From Guillardia theta CCMP2712 (taxonomy: Eukaryota; Protista; Cryptophyta), in assembly GCF_000315625.1 (NCBI RefSeq), contig NW_005434639.1, forward strand, positions 594,134 through 658,133: 64,000 bases of DNA. The letters run 5' to 3'. A model generated the notes under the pieces. The model was not told where the DNA came from and did not search any database. It saw only the letters and a list, made by a program, of their open reading frames with translations. A program made the translations under genes and the position numbers. The number at the start of each line of letters is the position of its first letter. Within the stretch, counting starts at the first letter, position 1. This document shows positions 1 to 14,400 of this stretch, in pieces.

Positions 1-3000
1 TCGACGCGTTTCCAAACTTCACCACGTCCTCGAAACCTGCGAAGGTGTCGAAAAATTCTCCGGTGATGGTGAGCGAGTCGCCGCCTTGCAGCGGCGCCCC
101 CGGCGGGATGAGAGTACGGAGGATGGGGAGGTGGTAGAACTGGAAAACAGACGAATAGAAGACTTGGTCCCTTCCGTTGATGGTGACAGAGAAGGTCACG
201 TTCTGCGAAGACAACACTTGTGGGCTCTTGCAGGTTCCGTAGTCGGGGGCCTCGACTATGAAGGCGGTCTGGATCGAACCGAAGAAGCAGCGAGCTGAGC
301 TGAAGGAGAGATACCCATACCCGAACACCTGGATCGTCGTACCTCCTTGCACAGAAGAGATGTTTGGGAAGATGCTGGTGATCCCGAGGTCCGAAAAGTA
401 GGTAAACTGGCACTGCACGTTGCTCGCTTGGGGGTAACAGGCGAAGTTGATCCCGTCGAGTGCTATCTGGAACGATACACTTCCAGAAGTGGCGACAGCA
501 GGGGAGCGGCACACGATGTCGGAGCCAACAAGGCTCATCGCACTGACCTGTTCAACGTCAGCCTCCTCCCCCCCCGACATTCCAAGGATACCAGACCCCC
601 GAACGAGCACAGGCTGACAGCGTCGATCAGCATGTTGGCGTGCCCCTGTACTGTCACGAGCGTCCCTCCGGATATCGAGCCGAACGTGGGCGTGATAGCA
701 AAGGGAGATAGCTCGTCGTAGACATAAACATTCTGATTAGATGTCACATAGTCCTGCAGACAATCATTGTCAATGGAACAAATGAACCATCTGCAGTGCT
801 CTTGCCTGCCCATTCGTCGTCATCGCCACTGCGGCATATCCCACGCTGTAAGAGGGAGAGGAGCACTGCGTAACATTGTCATCGCCCACTCCCCCGCCCA
901 CTCTCCACCTCCCAGCAGCGATCATACCAGGGCAAAGGAAGAGGAAAGGAAGACCGCTGGCATGGAGTCGGAGGTTCCATACTGAGTGCGAGAGTGAGGG
1001 AGGGCAAGAGCTCACAAAGTCTCTTACTTTGCATCGCAACGTAAACCGATCATGGAAATTCTGACCGTAGATGGAGACAAGGGAATATCCGGCCGACCGC
1101 ACGAGTGTTGGCCAAAGTTTCGTCACCACCGGCTGAGTCTCGTAGGAGAAGAATCCAGGAGCAGGGAAGTAGGAAGCGCCTGCATCAAACGAGGCCTGGA
1201 GTTTGAGAAGCTGTCAGTGGGAAGCAGAGATGGAGGGAAAGGGGAGTAGGGATGGATGAAGGAGGAAACGATTTGGAAGTTGGTGATGAAAACATGGGTG
1301 GAAAGGTTGATCAACGGGAGGAGAAACAGTGAAAGCAGAGGCAGGGAGGTCAGGTCAAAGGCATAGCAAGTAGCACCTCAAGTTTCATCACGGAGCCGAC
1401 GGTGCCGGCCGGGCAGGAGAAGTAGAGAGCGTAAACGCTGGAATTGTAAGACGCCGGGAACGTCGTGGTGGTCCCTTTGATCCGGACGAGGAGGGAGGAG
1501 CCGCTCCTGGGGGTGAGGGGGGTAGGGTTGTTGACGTACTGGGGATCCGTGTTACAGCACTCCCCGCCAAGGAAGATACCGTAGAGGGATACGATGATGC
1601 TGCCCTGAGGGGGCCCGAAGGCCGGAAAGATCCTCCCAATCTTGGGGATCAGAGAGCAGGCCCGTCCCCAGTAGCCTGACGTGCAGTTGCAAGAGTTCTT
1701 CAAGCACGTGCCGTACTGCCTGCCTTCCCACGAGCACCCCGCTCCCTGCAGGTCGTCGGAAGGGCAGCCCCAGCCGCTAGAGAAGAAGTAGTAGGAAGTG
1801 AAGGCCGAGGACTTGTCGATCCCCTGGTTGTTGCTCATTCGCACTGAGACGGTTCCGATCGGATTCTGCGGGAGGGTCAGGGAAGTTGAAGATGCGGATG
1901 TGGATTACTGGAGGACTTGCAGCCTTGACAAGATCGTGGCGAACGAAAGTTGCTGGGACGTAGGAGTTTCCGAAGAAGGCCTTGAGCCTTGTGTCAACAA
2001 GGGACAGAGAGGATGAGGGAGAGACGGAGATAAGAAAGTAGGAGTGGCGTTGGGACAACATTGGGCAAGGGAGGTTGAGTCAAGCGGAAGAAAAGACGAG
2101 ATGGAAGGAAGACGGGAGGTGCAGAATAGAGCAGGATAAGACAATCTCAACCTGGAGACCAGGACCGGCCACGAAGTAATTGCCAAGTAAGAACATGAGG
2201 GTAGACCCCTCCTCGCTGCCTGATAGCGGCGTTGTTGCATACAGCTCGACCTGCAAGAATAATCAGGTCTGTGCTGGGACTGTTGTGTGTAGAAGAAGCT
2301 CCCTTACCGGTGCATGGATGACAAACCTGGGGCCATTGCTTGTGAACTGCTGGGCGTTGAGAGAGACAGCGAACTCTAGATCGAAGATCGCTGGGAAGCC
2401 ATGAGCGCGCGTACCGCAAGCTCCCTGCAGACTTACCCAGTCGAGTGTTGCGAGGACAGGGACAAAGAAGGTTGCTACTCGCATCCATGAAAGCGCCTGG
2501 AGGTACGACGTTATCATGGGACAGGAGTAGAGCGTAGTCATGAGGTACGCACGAGTGGTCATGAGGGACTGGTCCGGCGGATAGTGGTAGGGGTCGAGGA
2601 AAATTTTATCGCTGTTGGTTGCGTTGGCCGGCCAGAATCTGGAAACTTTAGTGTCAGGTCGATCAAACTTGTGCCGGGCATTCAATCGATCGCACACCTG
2701 CAGCGAAGAGTGTCATTGTATCCACTCTGAATGTGCAATCCATGGACGGTGATAAGTGTGCCACCAATATTCGGACAGTTCGAAGGAGCTGCCACCAACT
2801 GAGTCAGACGAAGGCAAAATGTCGAGTCCTCTCACTTGTGGAGCTGACTGCTGGGTTGCTGTAATATCGGTAGTCAATGACGTGAAAAGACTCGAAGCCC
2901 GTGAAGGTCGCCCGAAGTTCTGCAAGCAGCACTTGCTGGTTGCTTCCAACAGAACTTGTGTTGGTTGCGACCCCCTGGCTGATTGAGGGACTCTGGCATG

Positions 3001-5404
3001 CGATCTGCTTGCACAGGATTCCATCAACTGAAGTCGAGCTGGAGCAGTCATTGAGAAATGCAGCGACTCGAAGGCCTCCAAAGATGCACTGAGCATATGG
3101 TGAAGTTGTGTTGGAACCAATCTTGTAGAAAAATTCACCGAAAATCGTCACCTGTAGAATCGTGAGCGAACTACAAACGTGTATCACACCGATAAAGATA
3201 ATGATTTTCTTTGACCCACCTTTGTTCCTCCCGAGACTGGGCCAAGACATGGACTGACATATGAGAATGTAGGATCTTGAAAGAACAGGAAAGATCGAGG
3301 GGGGGTGAAGTCGATTCCTTGGTTCAACGAGAGTCTGAAGGAGTAGAGGACGGCTTGGTTTGGCCGCGGGGGAGTAATGCAGATGATATTGTTGAAGAGA
3401 CTTGCCCCGATTCTCACGTCGCCTAAGATCGGCACTGGTGATAGGCTGTTGTCAAACCTGCATTGTATGCACTTAGTTCCAACACACGTTGTCTGGTTGA
3501 GAGTGAAAAAAGAGTTGAGCGTGATGTTGATCCTTGATCCTCCCAGAGTTGAAGCAGCGGTTGGAAAGAAGCCGTCAATGACGTAGATGCTTATCTTGAG
3601 CTTGTTGGAACAGTCTTCGCCATTGAGAGTCACGCAGACATCCAGCGATGGACTTGAGTAGACGAGGCTGGGAGATTTGCAATACAGCAAACTCGAAGAA
3701 CTGAAGTCAGCAGCAACAAGCTGAGCCGATCCAAAGTTGCACGCAATCTACACAGAAGATAAGGACACAGGGTCGTGTAAGACCATGGATGCAAACCTGA
3801 TCCGTCGCGATGAAGTTCGTGCCAGTCAAAGTTATAGTTGTTCCCCCGACGATTGACAAGATTGTTGGAGTTAAGGTCGAGATTTGAGGGACCTGGAATA
3901 TCCTGACGGACAAGGAGCCAGTCCATTGCGCATCAAGAACACTGTTCTCAGAGTTGAACGAAATGCTCACTGTGTAGTCCTGGTAGGGGGCAGTCAGGGT
4001 GACTTCGGGGCTGAAACAGAGAAGCCTCGTGGAAGTGACAAATGTTCCGACGGTAAGTTTGTACGCTGACGATGTTTCATACTTGCACGCAATCCCATTG
4101 AGAAGAGAGTTGGGCGGGAACCCGGAGCCAGCGACCGAGATCAAGGTTGAACCGAGTCTCAGGGCCTTGGTTGGAGAGATAGAAAGCACGGAGGGGGTAG
4201 CAAAATATTGGAAAGTGAAGTTCAAGGCAGCAAAAGATTGTCCGTCCAGACTGATCTCCACTGGGTACGACCCGGCTGAGTTTGCGGGTACAGTACATGC
4301 CATGGTGCTGGAGCTGAGGATCTTACCAGCGGCCGTAACGCGGCCTAGGCGGACCTGTACAAGGGACATGTAGACAGTGTTGTAGTATGCATCATACGGG
4401 AAGTAACTTCCTGAGATCATCAAGGGGACAGAACCTTGCAAGAAGGAGCGATCCAGCGATAGCCCCAGTCCTTGTATTGAAGCAAGCTCCAGGTATCTCT
4501 CATCAGACCATCCCGTTCTTGACATGTCCGCACTGACGGACAGTGCCATCTTGTACACGCTTATCTTGGGAGCAAGGGGAGGTGCTGAGCAGGAGAGCTG
4601 ATCTCCCTGCATCTTTGCCGGGTTGAAATATTGCCTAGTCACCAACCAAGGTCAGCTGAACAAATTTTAGGAAACTTGAACACGCACCTGTTGGGATCTC
4701 TCATCGCGCTACTCTGATACCACGGAAGGCTTTGATTTCCCGCAGGAACGAGTCGAAACCTGCAGTACGGAGACAGGGTCTGCTGCTTGCTCAGCGTGAA
4801 GAAGTTGTAGACATTGATTGTGAAAATCGCCTTGCCGTCCGAGAAGGTGACAATCGGGGAAACAAAGTTGGAGATCCCGAATATCCTGATGGGAAAAGAG
4901 CTGTCGAGCACACGCCCATTGATGACAGGTGTTATGTTGAATGAATCATGATTCGATGTGTTGAGGAATGATGGCAAGAGGCAGAGGACCCCATATCTTG
5001 TCTGCGAGAAAGGCTCTACACCAGTAGCAAAGTTGGTTGCAATCGGATCAGCCCTTATCGCCCAGGTCGGCTGCAGACCGTTCAAGGCACAAGTCACGTT
5101 GCTGCTGTTGTCAATGTGCACCCATGTTGGCAGGGGGAGGACAACGCTCCCACCGACGTCAGGGACCGGTGTTTCCTGCGAGGAGAGTATCGGTGCGGCA
5201 GCGCATTGTACCGGGTCTCCGTTCAGCTTTACCCTGCGGTTGCGGTCAGCCGCGAGCTTTCAGACCATCGGCATACCATGAGCTCGACGATCCCAGAGGC
5301 CGGCAGGTCTCGTTGAAGGACAAGACCCTTGCCGACAACAATGGTTGGGCCCACAATGCCAGGAGGAGGAGACCGAGGCATTGGGGCGAGTATGTTGCTG
5401 TCAT
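1..5404 (-). CDS. Large secreted/surface protein with many IPT/TIG (Ig-like) repeats and an EGF-like module; multi-exon, 3' end outside window
   Basis: Signal peptide MTATYSPQCLGLLLLALWAQPLLSA from ATG 5404. Repeated IPT signatures (ISP..G...GGT.ITI.G.NF ... C.SP ... V.VS.NG) in ORFs 3707-4645, 3184-3690, 1350-1844 and 535-813. EGF-like CLKNSCNCTSGYWGRAC. Short GT-AG introns. Confidence 0.8.
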
Positions 5405-6042
5405 TGAGAGAATCTTCGACGTGAGCCTGTCCTCAGTGATGTCTCGATCGACCGGAACGCATAACCCACTGCATGGAAGCTATGGTTCGGCATCCTGGCA
5501 ACGGAAATCAACGAGTCGACCACCCGAGCCTCCACAAACTTCGCTAACCAGCAACCCACGAACACAAACCTCAGGAACTTATCTGAGCATGCTCCCCATC
5601 ACAGCTCTCTCCCCCCCCTGACTCTCTCCTCTGATCCTCTTCATCCTCCCTCCCCGCGACCCTCCTCTAGCATCTTCCATGCCTGCCCCATCCTGCCATA
5701 TCTTCTAACTGCATTCCCGCACATGTCCAGCGGGTCCGCCTCACCTTCTTATCTGCTCTCAGATTTACGAAAAAATGGGGCAGAGCGCTTTCGCTGCTCC
5801 TGCGGGGTCGAAGAAGGGGAGGGGGGAGGAGAGGAAGAGCAGAGGAAGAGGAGAGGAAGAGGAAAAGCGATTTAGAAGAAGCAACTGTAGAGAGGATACG
5901 CGTTTTGAGACCGACCTTGCTGCTGTCGGTTCGAGAAAGGAGAATGAGCGTGTCGATTTGACTGTTTTTGGATTGGAGACTGTCTTGTGTTAGCTGATCT
6001 TGGCGATTGTTGGCGTTAGGAGGCGATCACGAATACAGGATC

Positions 6043-6813
6043 ATGGCTTCATTGAGAACACAGACTTCGGGCATCAGTCAGACCACAACAGCCTCTGTGA
6101 GTTTCATGCTGTCCCAGGATGGTTGCCCTGCAGCTCCTGACAGAAATCTTGACTGCAGGCGGAGCAGGCAGAAAGGTCGCAGGTCACTTTGAGATTGGCT
6201 CCAAGACACAGGGTGAAGTGGAGCGAAGATGTACTTGACAATGAGGTTTGATGCACGCTGGGAGTACTCAGGGACCTCAGTGGCTTGACAGGGCATGGGG
6301 AAGCGAAAGTCGAACAAGTGCTGCATCTTCCACCGCAAGAAGAAGTTTGGAGAGAGCAGCAGCGAGAGCGAGTAAAATTCGCTCTCCTATTCTCCTTGGC
6401 TCTTGATTGATTTGATCCTTCAAGATATTCGAGTGGAGCGGAGAGCGGGAGTGAAAGCCCAAGGAAGAACGGTTCAAAAGGTTCGCTTCTGTCTGTCCTC
6501 CACCCTCAGCCAATGATTCGGGGTTGGCACTCAGGGTCGAGCCGTAAATGCACGTGTGGAAAGGATGCAGAGGAAGCAGAAAACAGCTGCACTTCGAGCA
6601 GGTACGTGCCCATGCACTATCCTCCACGTGCATAACACCCCCGTAGAAAAGGACCTTCATCCCGTCGACAGAAGGACGAAAGCGATGAGGTAGGAATGGA
6701 GACATGCTGTCCTTGCACTTCCTTGCATTGTCTGATGGAAAAGTTCTCCGAGCTAAATGCTTCTTGTTCTGCAGGGGAAGTCCTTGTTTGATCACCTCAA
6801 AGTCGTTCCTTGA
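6043..6813 (+). CDS. PPP1R11: Protein phosphatase 1 inhibitor-3 (PPP1R11/Ypi1 family), multi-exon
   Basis: Manual splicing gives MASLRTQTSGISQTTTAS/AEQAERSQVTLRLAPRHRVKWSEDVLDNE/GMGKRKSNKCCIFHRKKKFGESSSESE. This has the RVxW PP1-docking motif and the DNE.MG....KCCIF family signature. 3' end is approximate. Confidence 0.85.
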
Positions 6814-7099
6814 ATGGTACCTTTCAAACGCAATGTCAGCTGTTGTGTGCACAGCTGCCAACGACAAGCCCCTGGATCCTCTCCTACCGATAGAGCAAGA
6901 GATTGCTCAAAATGATATGGCCCAGGATCATTGCGCCAGCAAGAATCTTGTGTGTCGTACGAGTTGTACATATGGAATGAATTTAACGAAACCCTACACC
7001 ACTGATCTGACATGGTAACAAGAAACAAACAGTTCTGTACAATTTGGACATGTCTACTACTACAAGCACTGAGGACGAAGAGAGCGAAGATGGCATGCA

Positions 7100-8890
7100 T
7101 CATCCTTTCCGTTTGATTAAAGAAGGAATTTCGGAGCCTTCCGGAAGCAGATCTTGCAAACTCTTACTGCAAATCAAGACAGCATGTCAGCCGTTGAGGT
7201 GTCTGTGACAGCAAATGCAATTACGTCAAATCCTTCGACATGTGAATCTTCTTCGCAAGCCTCTTCGGTATCAATTTAGAAAGAATCGACCATGCCGCTC
7301 GGACAAACAGGTTTACGGGCCCGACCTGCGAAAGCACAAGATAAGGACACAAAGCGCATGAATGCGAACAACACCAGCAGCATTCCAAGACGGTCAGGGT
7401 ATGCCTCTGTTGCAACATTCAGAAGTGCCTTGTCCCGGCTGCAGCATCGAAACGTCACGATTCCACATCAATTGTCATCAATCGCGTGCCTGATATCCAA
7501 GTGCTTTCTTCCCAGGTCTGATGCGTCCACAACCAGAAGGAAAGAAGACACCTCCTGAAAGTTCAGAATTAAGACGCAGTACTTTAAATGTCCTTCAAAT
7601 CAAGCTACCTTCTCCATCATTTGGATGCCGCGTTCAATCAGATAAACATGTGCTCGAATATATTCATCGCGGTCATAGGTTTTCAAGTCCATGAGGGCTG
7701 GACGAGCTAGAAAACAACCTCAATCCTGGGATCTACACCACAGACTCGCCCTCACCATAAAGAATCGGTCTTCCGAACTTGTCATAACCAGACCAAAACA
7801 TATGATTTGGTGCAAGCGATCTGCGGGCTGTGTTGGAACAGGGCGCATCAAAAATATCATGAGCAATCACCTGGATACATCCTCGAAGGATATCGAAGCT
7901 GCCCCGTTCTCAACACGCCATCTTAATGATTTCAAGATCTTTTGCGCTACATATTCAAATGTCCTCTGCTTCCCGTCCTTCGTTCCAGACAACACAGAAC
8001 GCAAGTAAGCAGTTGACAGAACTTTCTCGTTGTCCTTGAAACCTTCTTTGCTCAGGAAATTCCTCAAGCGTACCACCAACTCATCGACGTTAGAAGGAGA
8101 AAGCGAATCTTCTACCATGTAGTCCATGTCAAGGGAATTCTCCAACAAATCAATCTCTGCGTCAATGGGGAGTCCGTGGACCAGCTCATCCGTTGCTGGA
8201 CTGCTCAAAAGGCATACTACGCTTGTTGTTTCCTTGTCATACCCCCGATTCTCGGCATCCAAGAACCTTTCAGGAGGAAGACTCTTCGATCTCGTCCTGG
8301 AAAATTCTTGGAAACCTTCTGATGTGTTTGTTTTGCCAAAGATGGATACGTTCACTGCGGAAACGTCGGAGCACATCGTATTCCCATCAAATTGCTTGAG
8401 GGGGAGTCCCTCCATCCGAATCACCGCCGTGGACATTCAGAGGTATGAATCACAAGCTTATAGCATAGACCTGTACAGCAAATCAATCAATCGGGATAAG
8501 ACATTAAGAGATTCTGCATATCGTGCGGGAAAGAAAAGAAGCCTTACGCCTCCATGTCTTAGGGTTAAATTCGATGGGACGTATGCAACCTCGGTTTCGA
8601 TTTCATCGCTTCCTTTCCATCTTAACAATTTCAAATATTTTGACATCCTCATGATCATGCCACGACTCTGACTGAAATCAAGGGCTCTGGAGACATCCTA
8701 CGTTCCTGTCTCTTGCCAGGGAGCTTTCTCAACATGACCCTTCATCCTAACTCTTCCTTCCAACCCTCCACATACTTTCAGCTGATCAGGCTCCCTGAAT
8801 TTTCTCTATCTCATCGACCTGCTATCAGTCTGTCACTTTTCACTGAATCAGCGCAGATCTACATTCTGTTGATCCATCCCTCCCGTCCAT
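7100..8890 (-). CDS. CRAL-TRIO (Sec14-like) lipid-binding protein, multi-exon
   Basis: Exons encode AQKILKSLRWRVENG (CRAL-TRIO N), FLLVVDASDLG, EAYPDRLG and PVNLFVRAAWSILSKLIPKRLAKKI. Stop near 7100; start approximate. Confidence 0.7.
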
Positions 8891-9974
8891 GATCCTGGAG
8901 TAAGAATTCAGGGGAAGGGGAAAATGGGGGTGGGTTTAATGAGCTGATCTGCAGGGGTACTTTTGACAAAACTGAGGTGGATGGTTTCAAAGGGGTAGGG
9001 TACAGGGGGTAGGGTACCCTCATTTGACCAGGTAGAGAAGGGGGGTTGTCAAGGTCAGGGCATGTGAACGCTGGGTAGTTCATACAAGGATCAGGAAAGA
9101 GGGGGTAATTCAACTTGACAATCATGGGAAAGTAAGGGGTTAGCAGAAAAGTCAAAATTTGTGAATGGGTGGGTCCCTGTAGAGGAGTATGATGGTAGAG
9201 AGGGGGTGGTATATATAGCAAAAATGGAGGTAGAAAATCTTTTGTCTCTGTGCGGTGGTTTTAGTGAAAGGGGTGTTGTAGTCGTTTGTCCCCAAAGGGT
9301 GGGGGTACTCGTGGGAGGGGTGAGGGGTATGGTTGATTATGGATGGTGGGTACTATCAAATGAAACAGTGGGTAGGGGTTAATTAGCATTGTCCAAGACC
9401 TAAAGGTACCTTTCGACTGATCACCCTATCAAGTGACCAAAAAACAAAGTTCAAAGGTGGGGTAGCTCATATCCATGGATTGGGTATGTCAGTAAACAGG
9501 GGGTAGTTACAGTGTGTTAAAGGGTAGGGTAGTACAAGAGGCGACACCAGTAGGGTACATGAATTCAGGGGTAGTGACAAGTAAGGGACACAAAAGGACG
9601 GGTGGGGTCCTAGATTTAAAATAGTGAGATGCTAAAAATGGATTGTTAGCTACAGCCTTATACGGATCTTTCAGTACTGAATGCAAAACATGGTACAAAA
9701 TTACAACTAACTTTTTCCACACAAACCACTGGGATCACCCCATCTTCTGGACGTGCTGTGGAAGTACCCTACAGACTACTGCTGTCGGTTTTGAACCCAT
9801 GTCTGGGGTCTGGACTACCCCTGTGTCTACCCCTACCCCCATGATATGAAATCAAAACCAAGAATGGTTTCTGCAAAATGACGTCTAAAATCTAAAAATC
9901 GCTATAAATATTTTAAGTATCTCAACATCTTTCATTTGGAAGTTAGAGGGTCGCATCTCAGCAACACTTGAAGG

Positions 9975-10680
9975 CTAGGCCGGGCGGTCACGCACACTGT
10001 GGCACTGACCGCCGGGCCGCGTCACTCAGTGATTCCGAAGTTCCACCCCGGCCCGGCGGGCCGCGGGGCCTGGCGTCGAGTCCCGGTGACTCTCGGTGAC
10101 CTCACCGGTCGTGCCGCCGTCACCGGGACTGGCTGTGTGAACTTGGTCTTTACTCAAAGTTAAGTGTCCCCCAAACTTAACTGATACCTTCACTTAACTG
10201 CGCGCACTGCAGTGCAGGACAATTCCCCCGCGCCATGCCAGGGATGATCATAGCAGGAGTCCGATCCGATGATCGCTGTGGCCGCCGCCGAAGGAATGAG
10301 ACCGTGACGCATATGATACCGGACTGATGCACAGGGCCCGCGATGATGGCAGCGCCGGAACTGGCGGCGGAACTGGGACAGGGAGGCCTTGAGTTGACGG
10401 CGAAAGATCCTGCCAGTCCGATCCGATCAGAATGCGTTTGCAAGTCGGACTCTCGGCGTCACCAGGCTGCCAGCAGGCTTTCTTGAAGGGGAGTCGGAAC
10501 TCCGGCGGAGGCGCGCAACGGCTGCAAGCGGCCCATCAGCCTAACTAGTCAGAGGAGTCAGTCCGATCCGACGGTCACTGATTCAAAACTGTCGGAAAGC
10601 CTGGCCGGGCAACTGAGTTCTGCCCCGGGCCGGCGGCGGCGGCCGCTCCGAGTCACTGAGGCTGCAAGCCTACTACCTGG
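9975..10680. repeat. GC/CpG-rich intergenic island (recurring sequence class)
   Basis: Dense CCGG, CGGCCG, ACTGAG/CTCAGT and GAGTC words with no credible ORF. Similar tracts at 16380-16600, 27950-28560, 40630-41150 and 46700-47060. Confidence 0.5.
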
Positions 10681-11431
10681 AACAGTTATCGATCCGTTAT
10701 CATTATGCCAATCTTCAAATCCCGCCGATGCGCCATTCCTGATTTCCATCAAGAGAGAAATTAGAGTGGAGGGAGAGGAGAAGATGTGCTGTAACAAATG
10801 CTGATCGGTCTACCGACAGATAGATGGAGACATCTCCAGATGCGGGAAAGTTAATGGCAAGAAAGATTCAAGCCAGAGAAATTCAACTTCTTCACTGCTT
10901 CCATTTCACGCCTTAATTGAAGTCAAAAGTGGAGTTTTTGTGCAAATAGGAAATGAAATACTGGTGAAATAATGGACAGAGAAATATGTCAGGGTCGTTG
11001 TGGCACCCTGATGACATTATGATGAGGAAAGCTAGGACATCATATTGCAGAAAGTCATGTCCATGTGATGTCAGTCTGAAAAGTCTTGTATGAAAGGACC
11101 TGGCATTGCGTTACTTCCCATTATCATAAAACCTGTGTTCGGAGTATTCACCTGAAGTTTTGTCCGTTGAATTTTGAGATAGATCCAAGATTAGAACGAG
11201 GTGCAATAGACCTGATTAAGAGTTCAGAGACTGATCTGCATATTAATTTTGGGAGAACTAGGTTGAAAAAATTGCCAATGACTGACCTTCGTATCAGGCG
11301 ACCATGCCATACACCGAAGAACAAAGGTTAAACTCGATTCTACGATTCACAGACAGTAAGCTGTCGAACTTTGCTGATCAGGTTTACTTTGTGAATTTGT
11401 TCTGTACATTCATGGTACTGATGATACTTTG

Positions 11432-14400
11432 ATGCAGCTTGCTGATGACTTTGCGAGATCTGGAGCTGTGCGACAACGCTTTTTTCCAGATCAGTCGTCC
11501 CAGTCTTTGTATCACGACTTACCTTTGCCATCCATGCCAGAAGGTGGCAGTCAGATGAACAATGAGATGGTGTATTCGCCAGGACCTCACGTAGGTCCAT
11601 TGCCTGCAGAGCAAAGTGCGCTGGATTATTTGATGGAAGAGAAAGAAAACCTGGCGTATCCCATGCTCTCACATCTTAAAATGTCCATTTCAAACTCCGA
11701 GCAGCCTGGCTCCAATGAATGGACGTCAATTGAGAGAAACAAGAGCAGCAAGGTTTTCCCGACCAGTGACGATTTGAATCACGACCTATCTGGGAATCAT
11801 AATCACTTTGCTACACCGAACACTCAAACGCACAAGATGGGCTTGTCAAAGACTCTCAATGGGATCAACGACTGGGAAGTGCGGCCGTCGCCCAAGGATC
11901 TAGGAGATTTTCAGGAACTGTTGGACATCAGCAATGAGCGGCGGAGGGACGTTTCCTATGGAGAAAGGTGGGAGGCAGACAACAAGAGCGACGCAGTCAC
12001 ACCTCATGCACATGACACTGCAACAAAGAACTTCAGGACGGCTGCTCCAGTCATGCATGACGAAGACTGGTATGGATTGAATAGCCAGTTGCAATCGCTC
12101 TCCACCAGAAAGCAGCAGGTCTCAAACGATCTTTCACGTCATCATATGAGTCAGGAGTGTGATGTAAATGATTTGGAAACTCTAGAATCCAAGTCATTGA
12201 TGAATGACATCAACTGGATTGAAAGGCACTTTGCTGCTGACCTCAGCACAGGAGAATCGCCTGAAAGAGCTGCAGACAGAGCAAACGTGAGAAATTCCAC
12301 AATTGAAAACAAGTTGCAGAATAACTCAACAAGCAAGACGGCATTGAGATGGCAGAACTCAATGAGCATGTACGTCAAGCACCTTGGTGATGACGAGAGC
12401 CAAGGAGAATTTGGCAAGAGTCAGAGCGTCGCTGTCTTCCTGTCTTCGGACATGCTCGTCGATGGTACCAAGAATGCCGACAACCTGGCAAACTCACAGC
12501 AGGAATCTTGGACAAATGCGCCCTTCGCAGCGGATGTTAGTGTGCAAGGGATGACGTCATCTCATGGCTGGAAAAGCAACTATCAGGTAGATACTTCACC
12601 CTTGACCAACGATGAGTCAGCAGGGAGTACCTCCTCGCAAGTGAAATTTCAGCTTGGCGATGAGAAAAACTTGGTCAAGTCGAGCGGCGGTCTGGTCACC
12701 AACCAGTCAGGATCAACGAGAGTTGTTCAGCCTTGGACTCCCATCACTCCACTAAACTTCACACCCAGAAAAACGGAATTGGATGACTCCTCCCTCAAGT
12801 ACTTGATGGCAAAGTGGGCTGAGAAAGAACAAAAGATTCAGCACGATTCCTCTGGATTTGAGAAGAGCTCTTTAAGACGCTTCGAGGAGGGCTACGTAAG
12901 CTCGACGTCTTCCGAAGGTGCGACCAAGTCGGGTGGAATGAAGAGAGCAAGCGAGGCTGTTGATGACAAGTGTTGTGCTGATGGGAGCGGCTGCACAACG
13001 GTAAAGATGCCACAGGTTCAAAACAAATCTCCAGGTCAGTCAGTTGTTTCATCGAGTGTACAGCAGAGAACGGTTGAAACCTCAGCATTGAGCGCAGAGG
13101 GGAAGTCACAGTCGATGGTCCATTCAGAGAGTCGCGTGAGCGAGAGGGAGCCTGTGACGGATCGTTCAGAACGCGACATACTTACAAGCCATGAGGAGCT
13201 TTACCTCACCGAGACAAGTAAAGTCCCACCGTCTCGAATGAAATCGTCGGTGAGTGGTCAAGGAGAAACTTTTCGAGAGGTCAACTCGCCCGGATTTTCC
13301 TCCCGAGCGTCGAGGGACAGGATGTCGATGGAGGAGCAGGACGAGCAAAATTCTGAAGGCACCCCATCCATCATAGTGTCCAACTATCAGCAGAATGGCA
13401 GTGACTCATCGATCATCCTGCCGGTTGAAGAAAGCTTCGACTCAAGCTCCTCGGACGCGCCTGAGGAAAACGACGATGACTTGAATCACAAGGTAGACGA
13501 CGATGATAGGGACAGCCTTGCCGACAGTTTGGTTGATTCCGACGGCGAGGCAGTTAAGGATGAGAAGCAGGTGACAAGAATCGTGGGAGCTGAGAGTGAA
13601 GGGAAGACGTCTTGTACGCACATCGAGCCTCCGATCGCACAGGTGGAAGTCAGTTCGACCTCCCTTTGCTTCAGCAGGCAGCACAAAGTCAAACCTCTCT
13701 CGTTCCGAAACGTCTGTGAATATCCCATCCTGGTGATCTTGAGATTTTTGCAGGAAAGCGTCTCCAAATTCTCACTGCCCCAGGAGTTTCTCAAAGAAAC
13801 CACCTTACAGCCCGGCCAGTCGGTGGACATGGCAGTGAAATATCACCCGGATGGCAGCTTGCCCTCCAAGGAAGAAACACATCTTGCCATCCTGTCAATC
13901 CCATTCCACGCCTCCTCCTCCCAACCGAGTTGCTCGTGGGTCTCTATTAAAGCGGAGGAGGAGGAGGAGGTCAACTCCGCGGACAAGTCGAGAGTGAATG
14001 GAGGAGCGCAACGACGAGCGGAGGACCCTCAAGACTCGCACTGGTTCGTCGACGCCATGTCGGTCGATCTCGGCATGGTCTACTGCCAGACTGCAGGAAT
14101 CTTCACACCTCCTGTACATCAGGGCACGTCAGTGGTCAACTCGTCGGGCCATGACGTGTCGTTCTTGGCCTGGTTGAAGGACAAGAGCTCCCCCGCCCGG
14201 TCCACCTTCGGCATCTCTCTCGAGTCTTGCTCTAAAGCTCCCTTCCGTCCAGCTGGCTTCGTCCTCTTTACCGTCCCAGCTCGGCAGAGGAGGCCCTTGC
14301 GGATCTCTGTCGACACCTCGACGTACAAGGGGCCGGGGCAGGAGACGTGCAAGGCAACACTGTACCTCAGGCAGGTCCAGACAGCCCAGCTGGAGGAAGT

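Noticed and set aside
6277-6867. 196-aa minus-strand ORF as a gene
   Set aside because: Antisense to the spliced PP1 inhibitor-3 gene, which has clear family motifs.
8900-9850. Telomere-like repeats
   Set aside because: GGGGTA words are dispersed on both strands rather than tandem.
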